Both the position numbers and the translations under genes were made by a program. The notes beneath the pieces are model-generated. The model had not been told where the DNA came from, did not search any database, and was given only the letters and a program-made list of their open reading frames with translations. From Perkinsus chesapeaki ATCC PRA-425 (taxonomy: Eukaryota > Protista > Perkinsozoa), in assembly GCA_013115145.1 (NCBI GenBank), contig JAAPAO010000126.1, positions 3,918 to 67,917 on the forward strand: a stretch of DNA of 64,000 nt. Reading direction: 5' to 3'. Of the stretch, positions 1 to 13,478 are shown in pieces (the stretch's first letter is position 1; the number at the start of each line of letters is the position of its first letter).

Positions 1-1142
1 GCCAGGTTCATGCGCACCCCTCAGGAAGGGCAACGCAAGACAGCTTTGGATCGTCTACAGGAGTTGGCCACCACTACCAGAGATGCGACTGCTCTGTAAG
101 CAGCTCGAACAGCTATCGGATGAGCTCAAACCTGTATAGATACTATTATGCAGCAGCCTTGGGGAGCAGCGGCCAAGGCGCCATGGGCGTTGTGGACGCC
201 ATCAACCTCACCAAGGAGTATGCTAGTCCAGAGATGATTGCCATTAGAACCTTCCTCGCTGTAATAGGGTGCGTATCAGTATCTTCGCCTGAGAGCTCTT
301 CGGCAGATATCAATTGACCGGCTTGATTTGGCGGATCGAGGGTTGAAGGAACTCGCTAAGATGTGTGCCGGGGACGAGCCTGGTGCCGCCAAGTACGCCA
401 ATGCAGCTTGTTCTATTATGAAGGGTGACAACGAGGAAGCATATCTTGTGTAAGTATCATCTGCCCCTTACTGGCTCATGGAGGCGGCGTGATCGCAGAG
501 TTGACGATGACCATCGAATGTTCCCACGTTGGATTGGTTCGATATTTCTTTTCGATCTCGGAACTATGGAGTATGAATCTCCGCATTACAAACACTATTC
601 GATCCCCGAGTTACACATTTCTTCGAGGCTAGACTGACCGGACTTAATACACTGTATAATTTTTTCTTCCTTCAGAATGACGGATCTTGGCTCCCAATAC
701 TCCTGTGATGAAATGAGCCCTGGTGGAACCGAGTCCATATTGCTCACCAACGGCAAGGCAGTTGCTAATCTTCAGCGAGGCATGTACCAGGAGGTAAGGT
801 GACCGTAAATGTGCTACTATTAAACCGGTCCTTGTTCAGGCTTATGATGACTTGGTGCGCGTGCTAGAACTCGACCCCAGGAATCCTGACACCCTCATTA
901 ACCTTGCCTGTGCGGCCACGCATCTTGGCAAGCTTGACGAGGCTCAGAAGTAAGGCTTGAATTGGAGCTGAATGCAAACCTCTGTCTCAGGTACAAGCAG
1001 ACCCTCCTCCAGCATCCTCACGTGGGAGCTGCTCAAGCGTGAGTTTCTGATCGCACTGCGGCTTATAGTTATCTCGTCTGGTAGGTATACGACTGGCCTG
1101 CAGAACTTGTCCAACAGTTTTTCTTCCTTCCGAGCCTCTTAA
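1..1142 (+). CDS. COPE: Coatomer subunit epsilon (TPR-like), multi-exon, 5' end outside window
   Basis: Spliced exons give ...SPEMIAIRTF..DINRLDLADRGLKELAKM..ILLTNGKAVANLQRGMYQEAYDDLVRVLELDPRNPDTLINLACAATHLGK..; spacing and motifs match epsilon-COP; stop TAA at 1140-1142. Confidence 0.8.
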
Positions 1143-1480
1143 GTGATGTGGATTGTTGCTGGCATTGTTACACTTATCACTGCTGCTGCTCCGGTTGGTA
1201 TATCCATATTTAAGCCAGTTGAATAGACTTGGGTTGTCAATACACTCTCCAGGCGCCGATAGCGAAGCTCGTATGTAAAGGTCAAGTTCCTTCCGGATAG
1301 TAAGCGATGCTTTCTTATCGCTTGATGGAGGGCTTGGTCCTTGCCGCTCGTATTGTATTTCATACCACACTTCCCTCAGATCACCTCCCTCATACCTCTC
1401 ATCCGCCTCTCCGTGTGATATACCACTGCCGATCGTTGGCTAGTTGACGTCTAGTGTGGCTGTCAGCTTCGATTCTGTCA

Positions 1481-3405
1481 ATGTTTATACCGCCAGGAGG
1501 GTACGGTTTCCAATTCAGTCGTTACCAGCAGCAACAGTACAATGGAGGGAAGCATCCTGCTGTCTCCTCGGCTGCAACTCAAAGGCTGTACGCATCACCT
1601 CGGGAGATGCTGCAAATGTTGCTTAGATTCTCCGCACCAATCACCAACAGTCAAACTGTCCGAACTACTGGAGGCCTCCCTATCGCACCATCACCGATGC
1701 CGCCTCCACCACCGTTCTCTCCGCCTGTCGGAGGATATTCGAACATAACGGCTAAAGCAGCTGCTCCCAGGCCGACCATCGTTCAACCCAGGACGGTGCA
1801 AGCTGCATCGCCATCTATTGGCACTCCGGACATTTTGAAGAACTATCCCTTGCCTGCTACCACCCCATCTAGTGCAGGGCCACAGTCAAGTTACAGCCCC
1901 GTGAGAACCCTGTATAGTAACACACCAACGCCTCTCGCGCCGATACAAGTACAAGTCGAAACCAAGCTACTGTCGGAAGCGACAGAAGTGGTGAAAACAG
2001 CTGTTGATGAACCTCGTAAGGATGTGGACAAGGTCCAAGTGCCAAGTAATGGCCTGGCGAGTAGGTGTCTCTGTAACGAAGTAAATGATTCCAGCTCAAA
2101 TCGGTGTTATCTTCTTAGGTCAACAGCCGGAGAGGAAAGTACAGCAGGACAGGCCGATTAAGCGCGCTGGACCGCCGAGGCCTTCAGATGTCCGAAGACC
2201 CTCTCAGAGCCGGAAATCATTGGTAAAGGCTGGAACGCCATCTACGGCAAAGGTCGCAGGGTCGTCTACGGCAAAGGTGGCAACACCGTCAACGGTGAAG
2301 ATTTGCCTTGCTGATCGTAGATGTACGCACTCCTCAGGATACCAAACCCCCACCACCTCGGGGGCGACAAGTGAATAAGCGAAGGTCCTCTGCCCTGATT
2401 CAGCTATCACCTCCAAAGAAGGAAGCTGGCAAGGCATTGCCAGCAGAAAGGCAGACTTCGGTGATAATCTGCTCCTCCGTGTTTGTACCAGTGGCCATGC
2501 TCAGCGCGTTCAGCAAAGCTCGACGGGCGACGCTCAGTTGGACAAACTAAAGAATGTCAGAAGAACAGCGCAACTGAGGAACGTCCCTGTCGGCGAAGCT
2601 ATGAGGTACCAGACTTCGCCACTATGAGTTCTGCGTGGTGCTCACAGGCACTTCCGTGATCATTGCAATAATAATGACATTCAAACAACGTAGGCTTTCG
2701 GATCTGTCCGCGATAGTGTTACTCGTACTAGGTTCACACTAGAGTCCTTTGGGGTAGCCTATCGCGGTTTGATGGAGTCTTGTGGAATAGCGCCGAGTGA
2801 AAGCGATGAAGACATCACCGGTGAGCCTCCGTTCCCGACAGAACCGTCCCACCTCATCGCTTTTCTATACTTGTCGTGGATTGAGTATTCGATGGTCAGG
2901 CGTCTTTGACGTTTTCGATCGAGATAGAAATGGTTGCCTCGATCTGATGGAGGTCGTGTGCGGCTTATGTTTGATATGCAGCGGAACAGAGAAGGAGAAA
3001 CTTCAGAGCGTTTTTGACGCATTTGATGCCGATGGAGATGGTCAGATTAGTTTAGAAGAGATGACGACGTTTCTTTGTTATGTGTATAGGATCGTAAGTC
3101 GGTACATTGCAAGTGAATGATAAACCTATCTCTGCAGGTCCTCACCAAAACTGTAATTGATAGAATGAAGGCGATTGGGGTGACGCTAACCAGTCCGGAA
3201 CGTTTGGCTTCTGTCACCGCCAAGGGGTGCTTTGCAAGTATCGATTGCAATCACGATGGTATGATAACGTAAGAGCGTCATTCCGCAAATCACACTGATG
3301 GGATATTTTATTGGTATCAGGTGCGATGAGTTCCATAATTGGTTCTGTGCACCTCAAAGGCAAGCGTTGTTTGTAGCAGGAACACTTGACGGTGTGTTTG
3401 TCTAA
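1481..3405 (+). CDS. Pro/Ser/Thr-rich N-terminus plus C-terminal EF-hand (calcineurin-B/NCS-like) protein, multi-exon
   Basis: EF loops DRDRNGCLDLME, DADGDGQISLEE and DCNHDGMIT in exons 2900-3270; low-complexity ORF 1481-2160 upstream on the same strand; linkage of the middle exons is approximate. Confidence 0.7.
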
Positions 3406-3529
3406 TCCGTATATTAAAGCATGATATTTCTGTACAATAACAGTTTGCGTTTTACACAGTTGTAAGCTGCTGAGTGGTGGAAGAACTACGGGCTAGTGTG
3501 CCTCTCCCAAGAACGAAACGCCATTGTAT

Positions 3530-3900
3530 CGCGTAGAAGGTTTGGGCCTACTTCAGTGTCATGTGGGAACATGAAGGTCTATAACAGGAAACGAGATAGA
3601 AGCGTGAATATGCGTACAGCAGTTCGGATGACGGCTGCGGCTGTAGATATGGCTAGCGGTCTTTGCCAGCAGGCTGCAGGAGCGCTGGAGTGCATGCTGG
3701 AGAGACTCCAATGAAGTCACTTCATCAATGATATTTGACCTGCTTGATTCAAGGAATGTGTGTAGCTTGGGTTGCGGCAGACGGCCCAGTAACACCCGAA
3801 GCATCCAGCACCCAGCATACCGCTGTCAATCACTTTGAGTCCGGTGAAGTTGTTGATGTGGGTTGATGGAGAGTAGAACAGGAATGTCTCCAATACGGCT
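3530..3900 (-). CDS. Possible small hypothetical protein (exon structure unresolved)
   Basis: Open frame 3559-3804 (KLHTFLESSRSNIIDEVTSLESLQHALQRSCSLL) with nearby splice-like sites; no family motif. Confidence 0.25.
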
Positions 3901-4263
3901 GATTCAAGCATGCGAAACGGAGTAGAACCATCAATACGATTAGTCAGTTCTACAAAGGATCATAGAGACAGGTCAATAGCGGCTTCTCCCGTAGCCGTCT
4001 CGTCTCTGAAATAATCGATGGCGTACGCGCGTTTAATTACGCGAAAAGTGGCCAGCGGAAAAGTAAGTGGCGTGCGGAACAGAAGTATGGCGGGCGAGAG
4101 TAGAGTGGTGCGAGACGTAGAAATTGGGCCTTACTTTCCCCTTCATCGTTGTGCCAAGTCGCTATGATACTCGCATTGACACTGTTCAACAGTGACTGTT
4201 AGACTGTCAATCAACTGATTCTCTAGGCTTTCGTATTATTATCCAGTGTCAAGAGTCACAGTT

Positions 4264-4523
4264 ATGAAGATCACCGCCTTCAACTGTTGCGCTTTGATAT
4301 TGTGCGTATCGGATCTGAGTTCGGCGATCTCCTTATGGCGTCGCAAAGTGGGAAAGTCTTTTAAGGGTAGGAGACTGTAATACACTACCGCATTGGCGGC
4401 CTTATCTTGATAGGTTTGACACGCAACGGCAGCAATACATCTTCCAAGGATAAATCAGATAACACTGCAGATGAATCCGCCGGTGTGGGATCAGCTGGAA
4501 AGGTACACCGCGTTACTGAGTAA
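4264..4523 (+). CDS. Small secreted-type protein, 2 exons (about 70 aa)
   Basis: MKITAFNCCALILCVSDLSSA (signal-like); 47-nt GT-AG intron restores the frame to GLTRNGSNTSSKDKSDNTADESAGVGSAGKVHRVTE*. Confidence 0.45.
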
Positions 4524-4927
4524 TTTGAATCGATGAGTCGAATATTAAACGCCTGTCTACTTTCCTAACTGTTTCCCATTCCCTCGGTGACCACAAATAA
4601 TTTCGCGCCGAAAATATTATCGATACTATTGTAGAATATTCGTATCATTATCCTTGTCTTCGTTCGTCTCCATTCCATCGCGCTGCATCTTGCTCAATTT
4701 TGAGGGCCTGTGACACAAGAAAAGCCTGTGATACCAGCGAAGCCTGTAATACAGCTAGCAAAGCCTGTGATACCTCATGCCTGCTTTAGTATCCAGAAGA
4801 GGGATGCAGGTTTCCGGATCGAAATGATTCACGTACTGCATTCTATGCTCATTACTGGGATGGTGCCGGTCCATTCACCGTGTTACAATGGGTCAACGTC
4901 TACTTAAACCTCAAGCTAATGTAGCAA

Positions 4928-5308
4928 ATGATGATGCACGCCACTCAACCCTGGAATTGCCGTCACGTTAGGTATCGCCCGCGGAGAGACTCGACGCTAA
5001 ATATTTTTCTTGGGGGCAAACTGTTCGAGTTTGGCAGCAAGGACACCATGCGCCTGGTTGATAAGTTCCCGGCCCTCCACGAGTTTTATGATGTTACAGA
5101 AAAGCTGTATCCAAAGCTGAAAGATGCTAAGAAGAACAACAGGGATCCGGATTGTGACGGCACTATATGGAACATTATTATGTTACGCGAGGATGGGTCT
5201 AGACGGCCGCGCAATTGGCCTCAGCAGATCTTGGAGTGGAACCAAAAGGAAATAGAAAATGAAATAAGGGAAATACATCGTAGTTCAGGAGTCCAAGTAC
5301 AATGGTAA
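4928..5308 (+). CDS. Hypothetical protein (probably a terminal exon)
   Basis: 126-aa ORF with globular composition; possible acceptor near 4970; no recognisable family. Confidence 0.35.
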   Translation: MMMHATQPWNCRHVRYRPRRDSTLNIFLGGKLFEFGSKDTMRLVDKFPALHEFYDVTEKLYPKLKDAKKNNRDPDCDGTIWNIIMLREDGSRRPRNWPQQILEWNQKEIENEIREIHRSSGVQVQW

Positions 5309-6331
5309 ATATGTTCAATCAAGCTTCGACGTCAGTACCTTCGATGTAACGCATGATGTTGTTTTGGAATCGATGTGGATGTTGATAAGTTGCTGTAGTG
5401 TTCACTAGTTGTTAAACTACTCCCGAGCACGTCAATGCAATTAGAGTGTGTGCTACTACTCTGAAAGCGTCGCACTATAGTCTCTCCCTTCGCATCACGC
5501 GAAAAGCGATGAAGTAGCGGACTCGTATGAGTGCCTGCAAGCAATACTATGGTAATGATTCAAGTCGTCGTAGAAGATGATGCACCACAAGATGTCTCTG
5601 GTAATTACCCAAATGCGTAGAACATCACCAACTCAATTCACTCATTTGTAAAGTAACCGACTTCTACGAAACGCGCGTCCGGCATAATGATAATACGGCA
5701 GTGGGGATCTAACACCTTGGAGGGATTCCTCTAGAGTTATTCTCTCGGCTCACTGATGCTGACATTCACACTTTTTCTGCGAGGATTGCAAAACTGAGGT
5801 GCTCTCTGGGATTACCAGGGGACTCAGATCGTATATTACTACGCTCCGTAGTCTCAGAAGCAGCTACGTGTTTAATTGAAAACTACGTTGGGTCTGTACG
5901 ACAAACAACTGCCATCGTTTTCAAGTTTGGCCGACTACCACTCTACCAGTTACCAATGGATGATCGGTTACTGCCGCGGGACTTCAGTATCGGTGAATAG
6001 GATCCACGCATTCATCGGTGAGTCATCGAGCTCCACCCAAATGAATAGAATACGTTTTAGTGCGGAGGAGATGTTAGGGAACTTGCGGTAGAAAATGTGG
6101 TCCTAGACCCAAAAGAAATATCAAATTCATTCCGTCTGGGCCGAACATCACCTGAAGTCCTTCATGATGATATTTCCGTACCCGTTGCGTGTACTGGAGC
6201 AGTATCGTTCTCCCTTACATGATTTAGTGGAAGGGGATTTCTGTCATTTACTACTCAAACGCAGATCGAACATACAGTGAAACCAGTGTTTTGTTCAACA
6301 GCAGCAGCACACACCACCCCACACTCGTAGA

Positions 6332-9300
6332 TCACTTTCTAGCGGCGTCTTGTTCCTCTGGTTGGTAATCTTTATTCTTCTTTATAATAACGAAACCTTC
6401 AATAACCTTAGTTACCGGTATGTACTCCTCAGTAGCCAGCTCAGCACGATCAGTGCACGACAACAATACCTAACCAACAGCAACAATCTACCATATCAAC
6501 GCTGCATTCTAGCCTACGGGAGTAGTATGGGTCTGGAAACCAGTGATAGACTTTGCCTGCTTACCAGCAATACCAGTAGTATCAACAGCTTGTCCAACAC
6601 GAACCTACATAGAGCCGATGGATGACGGATATGCCGCCGGTCGATCCGCAAACCTTACTGGGACGCTGATTGGCTCAGGCTCACTGCCGTCCTCCTTGTC
6701 CAACAGAGTCACCACCATACGAGGGTATCTAAGCAAAATGGATGGTGTAGGTAGTCGGACTGCTGGAATAAGTCCTACATGCATGGTATGAGATAATATA
6801 GCATAAAGTGGTATTGGGAACCGAAGAGCGTCTTATCGATGCTAAGGGCTCCTGCGTACAATACCACCAGCATTGATGCCAGTGAAGTTGGGTTAATGAG
6901 GTATCGGTCACTGTGAAGTGGGCTTAATGACACCAAACCCTTACCACAATATCTGATGAATGAAGTTTATTATAACAGCACATGACACGGCCTAAGGCTT
7001 ACAGCATTCCCTGAGCGATCCTCACTGCATAGAGGGCGTTGGGGCTGACGGAGTAGTATGCAGCAAGTTGACGGAGAAGCCCAGCTAGACGAGAGTTATT
7101 GGTACCGGCACCAACAATACCTAAGAAAGAGATGGATATGGAACAAGGGGAAGAGTTATACCCATGCTGAGGATGGCGCATTGGGCGACCTCCTCATCGG
7201 CGTCATGAGACAGCCTAGAGAGGGTATCAATAATAGTGTATCTGAGACCATATAAATTAAAGCAGCGAAACGAATAGCAACAACAACCTACTTGGGATTG
7301 CTGGCAAAAAGCATGGCCAAGGTAAGGGGCACACCTCGCTTGATAGATGCAGGACAATATCTATTATTATAATGACATACTTCATAACATTTGAACTTAC
7401 TGAAGGATGTTATCCATAGCCCTTACGGTCATCTCTGTACCAATCTCCTCACCGAGCGGTATGAGGCCAATACCGAGCACGGCAGCCACTTGATAGTATC
7501 GAGCAGCTCGCTCCGCATTCTGTTGCGCGCTCTCTGATTCATGTTAGCCATGCCAAACCCAACTGAAGCTTTGACCACCTCACCTTCGAGCTCATCATCC
7601 TCATTAGGTGAATTCTCGCCATCAGCCGCGGCAGCATCGGCCTGCTTGTCGTCGGCCACAGTAGGCTTCTCCGTAAGTAGGTGTAATAGCTCCTAACACA
7701 GTAATACAACCAACCATGTTGGTGAGGAGCAGGAGCAAGGGTGCCCACCTGGACCTTAAGCACGTCACCGCTGCCAGCATACCCACAGGACTTCACAACA
7801 ACAGTACAGAGATTGCCTACAGGGGCATGCACGGGGTTTACGGTGATGGAGACCTACGAAGCTTTTCCTCCTTTACACCTTGCTCTATCTCATCTAGCAG
7901 CTCATCAACAGGGTTACGGTCTGGCATACTCTTGTCTCCACCTTCAGCTGACATTGACTGAATACTAACCCAGTGGGTGACCTAAGACTCACCTGGTAGG
8001 ACTGAGCCGCACTGGAGGTAGAGGATACCCAAAGCTATTGCAAAGAAGCAGACGAAGACGTCCGATTCCGCGGAGAAGGTGGGCAACTGAAGCAGCAACA
8101 TTCTAAAAGCTTATAACAAGCCTTTGCCAATCACCTCTTGTCTCTCCTGTATGGTAGCCATAATGATGTCCTTTATATCGGTATTGCCGGTCCCAACAAA
8201 GACCAAAGCCAAGGATATGGACGCCAATGCAGATAGGGCTAAGGAACCTACACAACGGTCAATGTAGGCAGTAGCAGCCAACTGCTGATGATACACTACC
8301 AGCCTCGGTGTCGACTACTATGGGAGTGATGTTTTCTGCCAGATCTTCACGACGCGATCCAGAGTAGGCAAAACCAAGGCCCATAACAGCAGCCTGAGAA
8401 TGCCTCCCAGCAAGGTGTTGTCAAAGGTTGTCTCACCATTTTAACGAGGGGTTCGCTGCTGTCCAGTTGCTCGGCTAGAAGGGCCCATGCTGGATCGACA
8501 TCAGATGTAACACCAGTGGATGCCAAACCAAAACCGAGCATGGCGCCAGCCTTAACATTGACATTCTCAGACCATTGATATCTGAAACCCGATACCATCA
8601 TTCCCGTGGAGGTTCGATCCCCAGCAACAGCCGTTTACTTATCAATCTGAGCAAGTCCCTCATCGACATCCCAAAGCATAATAGCACCCAATGAAGCAGC
8701 AGCTGCCATCATACCTAGGCGGAGCGAAGCGTTTCATGAATAACTTTATATTTGCAGTAGATTCGCACGCCTCCTTATTACCTCTATCTTTGTTCTTATA
8801 AAGCCATTGACTCCCCTCCACCGTCATAAGTTTATCAGTACCGAAACCGACATTGACAAGAGCGTTGACATACGTCGAGGCAAGATTCTGCTTTGCTGAG
8901 TCAATAACCTAAGATACGATTCTCAACAGCTCGAATAGAAGAGCCCATAACACTACCGCAGCGCCAGGGTTCCTGCCTCTCTCTTCTAGGTGGGTCTTGT
9001 AGACATCCTCCGGCGCCTTAGCTGGAGTAAAGACGTGGAAAGGAAAGGTAATGGAGGCAAAACTACCTTCAACGACATCAAGGTCCTTGGCGAGGCTATG
9101 ATAAGTGCTGGACAAGCTCTCATTGGAGAGAATAGATATCTAAGCTTCAAGCATGCACTACATCCCTCCCAGGATTAGCGTACGAGATCGGAGTCCTCAT
9201 CCTCATCCAACCCCAACTCCTCTGCGGCCTGCAGCGCCCCTCCGCTGGCTCTCCCCGATGAACGGGCGTAGATATAGCAAAGCTGCCGAGCAATCGACCT

Positions 9301-10755
9301 ATAAAATGAGTAAGGGGCAGATGGTGAAGTGATAGTACTACCGATCCTCTTTAACAGCTATGGCAGCCTTCATGGTGTTGCGAACTCTACTGAAATCATT
9401 CATCCTCATGGCGATGCTGAGGAAGATACTAAGACAAGGAAAGGAGGCGATAGCCACTCACATGAGAGCGTTGGAAAGATCCTTCATCTGGGTAAAGATC
9501 TCATAGGTCACATTTAAGAGAACCCTCCTCTCCTCGGTATTGGCAGCAAAGTGGGCGAGCCCAACCAAGTACTGGCAGATCCTAGGCGCTGTGACGCTAT
9601 CGACAAGCTAAAGAAAAGGAGGATCCCAGGGCCATCTTAGAGCTGCTTACCTGAAGCAGCTTCGATATTCCGTCGGTCTCCGCTAGTAGATCCACCGCCT
9701 CGGTTTCGGCACTGTGACGGATATTATACGGGACCTGATTTGAGGAAGGAGCGGTATGAGCTAAATGAGCATATTGATTACTATTTGATCAACCAAATTG
9801 ATGAGCTCGGTGACATCCTGTCCCTCGGATATACGATTATGATATTCTGTGGCGATTTCACCAGATATGGTCCTATGGCAAGACCAACTCTCCAACGATT
9901 TGCACAATTCCTGTCCCGTTTATTATTACCTCATAAACTCCATACCCCACTTAGTTATATCTTTATTAGTACCGGCTAATCTATATCGCAGACTAGCTCC
10001 CTTTTTAACATGACCAACAGAAGGATGTTCTTCCTTCTTGCTTCCCTCAGCCGCAGCAGCCTCCTTGGCAGGCTCCTCAGATGAGGTTACAGAGGCAGCC
10101 GTGCCAGCAGCCTCGTCGCCGGACTTCTGCTCCTTATCCTTTGCCTTCTCCACCGGAATCGTTGTAGAGAGAACCTACATAAAATGCAAGGTAGACTCAG
10201 GCTCGATTCCCTCCTACAGCAAGGACATCAGCAAGCTCCTTCTTATTCTGGCCATCAGGCATAGCTTCATACCTGATACGGTAAATAAAGAAAGCCTTCC
10301 CTCGTCCTCTTACGCTGAAGCTAACACTGTGAAATGGGCCCTTAGGAACTTCAAGGGTTTCGGTACAGAGGTCATACTGAGGACGGTATATCACTACCAT
10401 TAACAACAACACCCCCTACCTGCTGGCAGCTGATCTCATTTCCTCCCCGATAGCTTGAATAGCTCCAAGGACATCACCCGCCCTAATAACATGAAATTGA
10501 AGCCGCCGAAGCATGGGAGTATCCTACCCAGTAGTGATCGTCTCGACTTGCTTCTCCAAAAGGCTTTTCAAATGTTGGTCCTCTTCAGACTAAACAAAGC
10601 CCGCAATGTCACGACGTCTTGATGGCGGATGCTACCAATTCCTTCTCTGCCTCCAACTTGCGCTTTTTCTCCTCCATAACACGCCTCCTCTCTTTCGCTG
10701 CTCGCTCTGCCTCATCAGCTGCATGTAGCGCTTTCTTATTATCGCCACTGGCCAT
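6332..10755 (-). CDS. RPN1: 26S proteasome regulatory subunit RPN1/PSMD2, many exons
   Basis: [23 protein letters not shown]; [28 protein letters not shown]; [13 protein letters not shown]; [17 protein letters not shown]; C-terminal [25 protein letters not shown]. Confidence 0.95.
8582..8638 (+). other. RPN1 intron carrying an antisense tRNA B-box-like motif
   Basis: 57-nt intron of the minus-strand gene; plus strand reads ggaGGTTCGATCCccagc at 8608-8625. Confidence 0.5.
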
Positions 10756-11213
10756 TTACAACAAGCAGGTTCGTTCAAAAACACTATTACTATATACAAT
10801 AATAACAACACTACTATCCATAACTATATCAACAACTACGACTACGCCTACATTGTTGACTTTGCCATTGGCGATAGCCTGCATACATCTGCTGCCGTAT
10901 ACAGCTTCACAGTGGTCAGCAAGGCGTCACTAAACTATATTTTACAAGTCATATATACAGATGACGATATCATAATAATGAGATCCTCACAGCGCAGAAT
11001 GATATAAACTAAAGACATTGCAGCCAGGATGAAGTAAGAGGAACCTCGATTGGAGACCTGACCTATATTTACTGCAGTATACTGGTAGTAAGTATTGCAC
11101 TTGCATATAATGCAAGTAGATTCCAACATACAGCTAAGAATTCTGTGAACACCTAAACTCGAGGCCAGCTACAAGAAAGTCAGAAACACTATTAACGCAC
11201 ATGCGGCCGAACA

Positions 11214-13266
11214 CTATCGACGCTCCCGACCAGTCCATCTCCCCGATGTCGATGGTTGACCAAAACCCCTTCCTGGTGCTGCAGGATTATACACCTATAA
11301 GAGGCAGTGCAGCGGTATCCGTATCTTCAGTGAGCCCTACTGTATAGGTACCACTAACCCTCTCTGGTTTAACACCATACGGCCATCTCTTACTTATCTG
11401 CTGCTTTACCTAATAAACTAATACTCAACGAACATTAAGGTATCTCCAACGTGCAGCACACGTATGGAGTAACAACGACGACAGCTTGGAAACTTGCTGC
11501 CGAGATATGCTACGAGACGTCTAGTAGTCCAGCATGCTCTTTGTTTGAGCCTCTTTATTGTAAGATTTAAACTGATAACCCTATAGTGGAGTGTTGAGAT
11601 AAGGCTCTATGTAACCCTATCTATAACTGATAACCCTATAGTGGAGTATTGAGATAAGGCTCTATGTCTATCCTATCTATAACTGATAACCCTATAGTGG
11701 AGTATTGAGATAAGGCTCTATGTCTATCCTATCTATAACTGATAACCCTATAGTGGAGTATNNNNNNNNNNNNNNNNNNNNNNNNNNNNNNNNNNNNNNN
11801 NNNNNNNNNNNNNNNNNNNNNNNNNNNNNNNNNNNNNNNNNNNNNNNNNNNNNNNNNTAGTATTGAGATAAGGCTCTATGTCTATCCTATCTATAACTGA
11901 TAACCCTATAGTGGAGTATTGAGATAAGGCTTTATGGCTATCCTATCTATAACTGATAACCCTATAGTGGAGTATTGAGATAAGGCTTTATGGCTATCCT
12001 ATCTATATTATCATTCCTATATAACACTTCCAACAGAGCACCCCACAATATTACCGCCACAGGCTTCCCAAAATTAGCAGGTGGAGGCTTAACAAGATGC
12101 CGGGTGTACCTATACTGTCATCCACCAAGCATGAGAGGATGACAGGAGCATCTCACCGAACAAGTTTGCCAGTCTGAGGATGCTTAACATTCCTTGGTCT
12201 ATATCTATGACGCCATAACCTTTGCTGCAGCATCCACTTAACTTTATCACCATCAACAGCAATAGCATTAACCGTCTGAACAATAAGCGTATCGATCCCA
12301 TCCCAACGTAGCCAGCCCTTTCCCACCTTAGAGGGGTCCTTAAGCGCCATATAATTGAATCTAATAAGCCTGAGGCCAAGCTGCTTGACCACCCATTTGT
12401 AAAGCTCAAAGTCTTTGATGAATAAAGCCTTCATTACCCGATTCCCTGTACTAGGTTCCCATACCTCCTCGGTGCACTGTCAGCTTACTTCGACAAAGTG
12501 CCATCTTTATAGCCTGCTTAGCTCTTGTATTTCTTTCCTGCAATATATTAGTTGCTCGCATATTAAGTATCCTCTCTGTTAATCTATCAACACTCTCTTC
12601 AACCTCCTATTATACCCCTCATTACATGGCTATTTTAACAGGCAAGCTCCCAGTGTCAAACGCAGACCTCTGGAACTTCTGCAGCAGCTGGTATCGTCGG
12701 AACCTAACCCCACAGCACTCCCCCACCACCACCATCTGCCCTACTTCGAGACTTGCTTCTCCGAGGCGCATGCCAACGACAGTGTCTGCCGTAACTCCGC
12801 TGGTGCTGCACTCAAATCATCTCCACTTAGGTTGTACCTATCAAGCCTCTCCTTTGATGTACCCCTTCCACCCTACACAAAGCCGGCCGGCCTTTGAGCT
12901 CTCATCAACAGGAATTCCTTCTCAGCCGACATCTACGCATTGCAAGCTCTACGGCCGAGACAATCCTCCTCCTACTTGGAAAAGCGTCTTTATTGGTGCG
13001 CATTTCTGTGCCCTATTTCCCGTGAAGCGGTGATACTCTAGCTTTGGCAGCTGGTATTTGTAGGGCATCGGCCCTTGATTAGGCGGCAGCTTCACTTTAA
13101 GGTATGGGTTCTTGGGGAAAAGATTCTTTTTCTTCAACTTCACCTTGGCGAACCCTCGCCTTTGCTGACCGCCAACGATCCACCCAGCTGAAGAGATAGA
13201 ACTACTACTAGCACAGATAGCCGATTGAAGGAGTAAGGGCAGTCCACCGACGCTCCGAGGAATCAT
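11214..13266 (-). CDS. MRPS15: Mitochondrial ribosomal protein uS15m with long extensions, multi-exon
   Basis: Presequence-like N-terminus; uS15 motifs FDTGSLPVKIA and KDFELYKWVVKQLGLR; 3' exons (WPYGVKPERVSGTYTVYNPAAPG..) below 11530 are tentative. Confidence 0.75.
11571..12007. repeat. Tandem repeat, unit about 56 bp, spanning an assembly gap; probably intronic in uS15m
   Basis: Unit actgataaccctatagtggagtattgagataaggctctatgtctatcctatctata, about 3.4 copies before and 2.7 after the N-run. Confidence 0.95.
11762..11857. other. Assembly gap (N-run)
   Basis: Run of N inside the tandem repeat. Confidence 1.
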
Positions 13267-13478
13267 ATTGAGAGATTTGAACTGAGCTAGGTATTGGACA
13301 ACTTCAACACCACAAAGAGTATCTACGGTCTCGACAGCCAGCCCAAACGCGGACGGGGATGTCAGACATGGTCATCAACATTGATCGCACAATATTACAG
13401 AAAGTAATGGTAACTATACAGCGGGGAGCATTGGCGGCGATCGAGGCTGTAAGTGCGGAAATGATATACATATACTCA

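Noticed and set aside
987-1370. Minus ORF with ELDLYIRASL..DNPSLFNWLK, reminiscent of a hAT dimerisation domain
   Set aside because: Very short resemblance, overlaps the COPE 3' end antisense, no terminal inverted repeats or other transposase segments seen
3717-4020. LGAGCFG kinase-like glycine loop and a frame running through TGA codons (possible readthrough or pseudogene)
   Set aside because: No other kinase subdomains; neighbouring genes use TGA as a normal stop
11571-12007. Regular repeats as a possible CRISPR array
   Set aside because: Units are contiguous with no unique spacers; eukaryotic context
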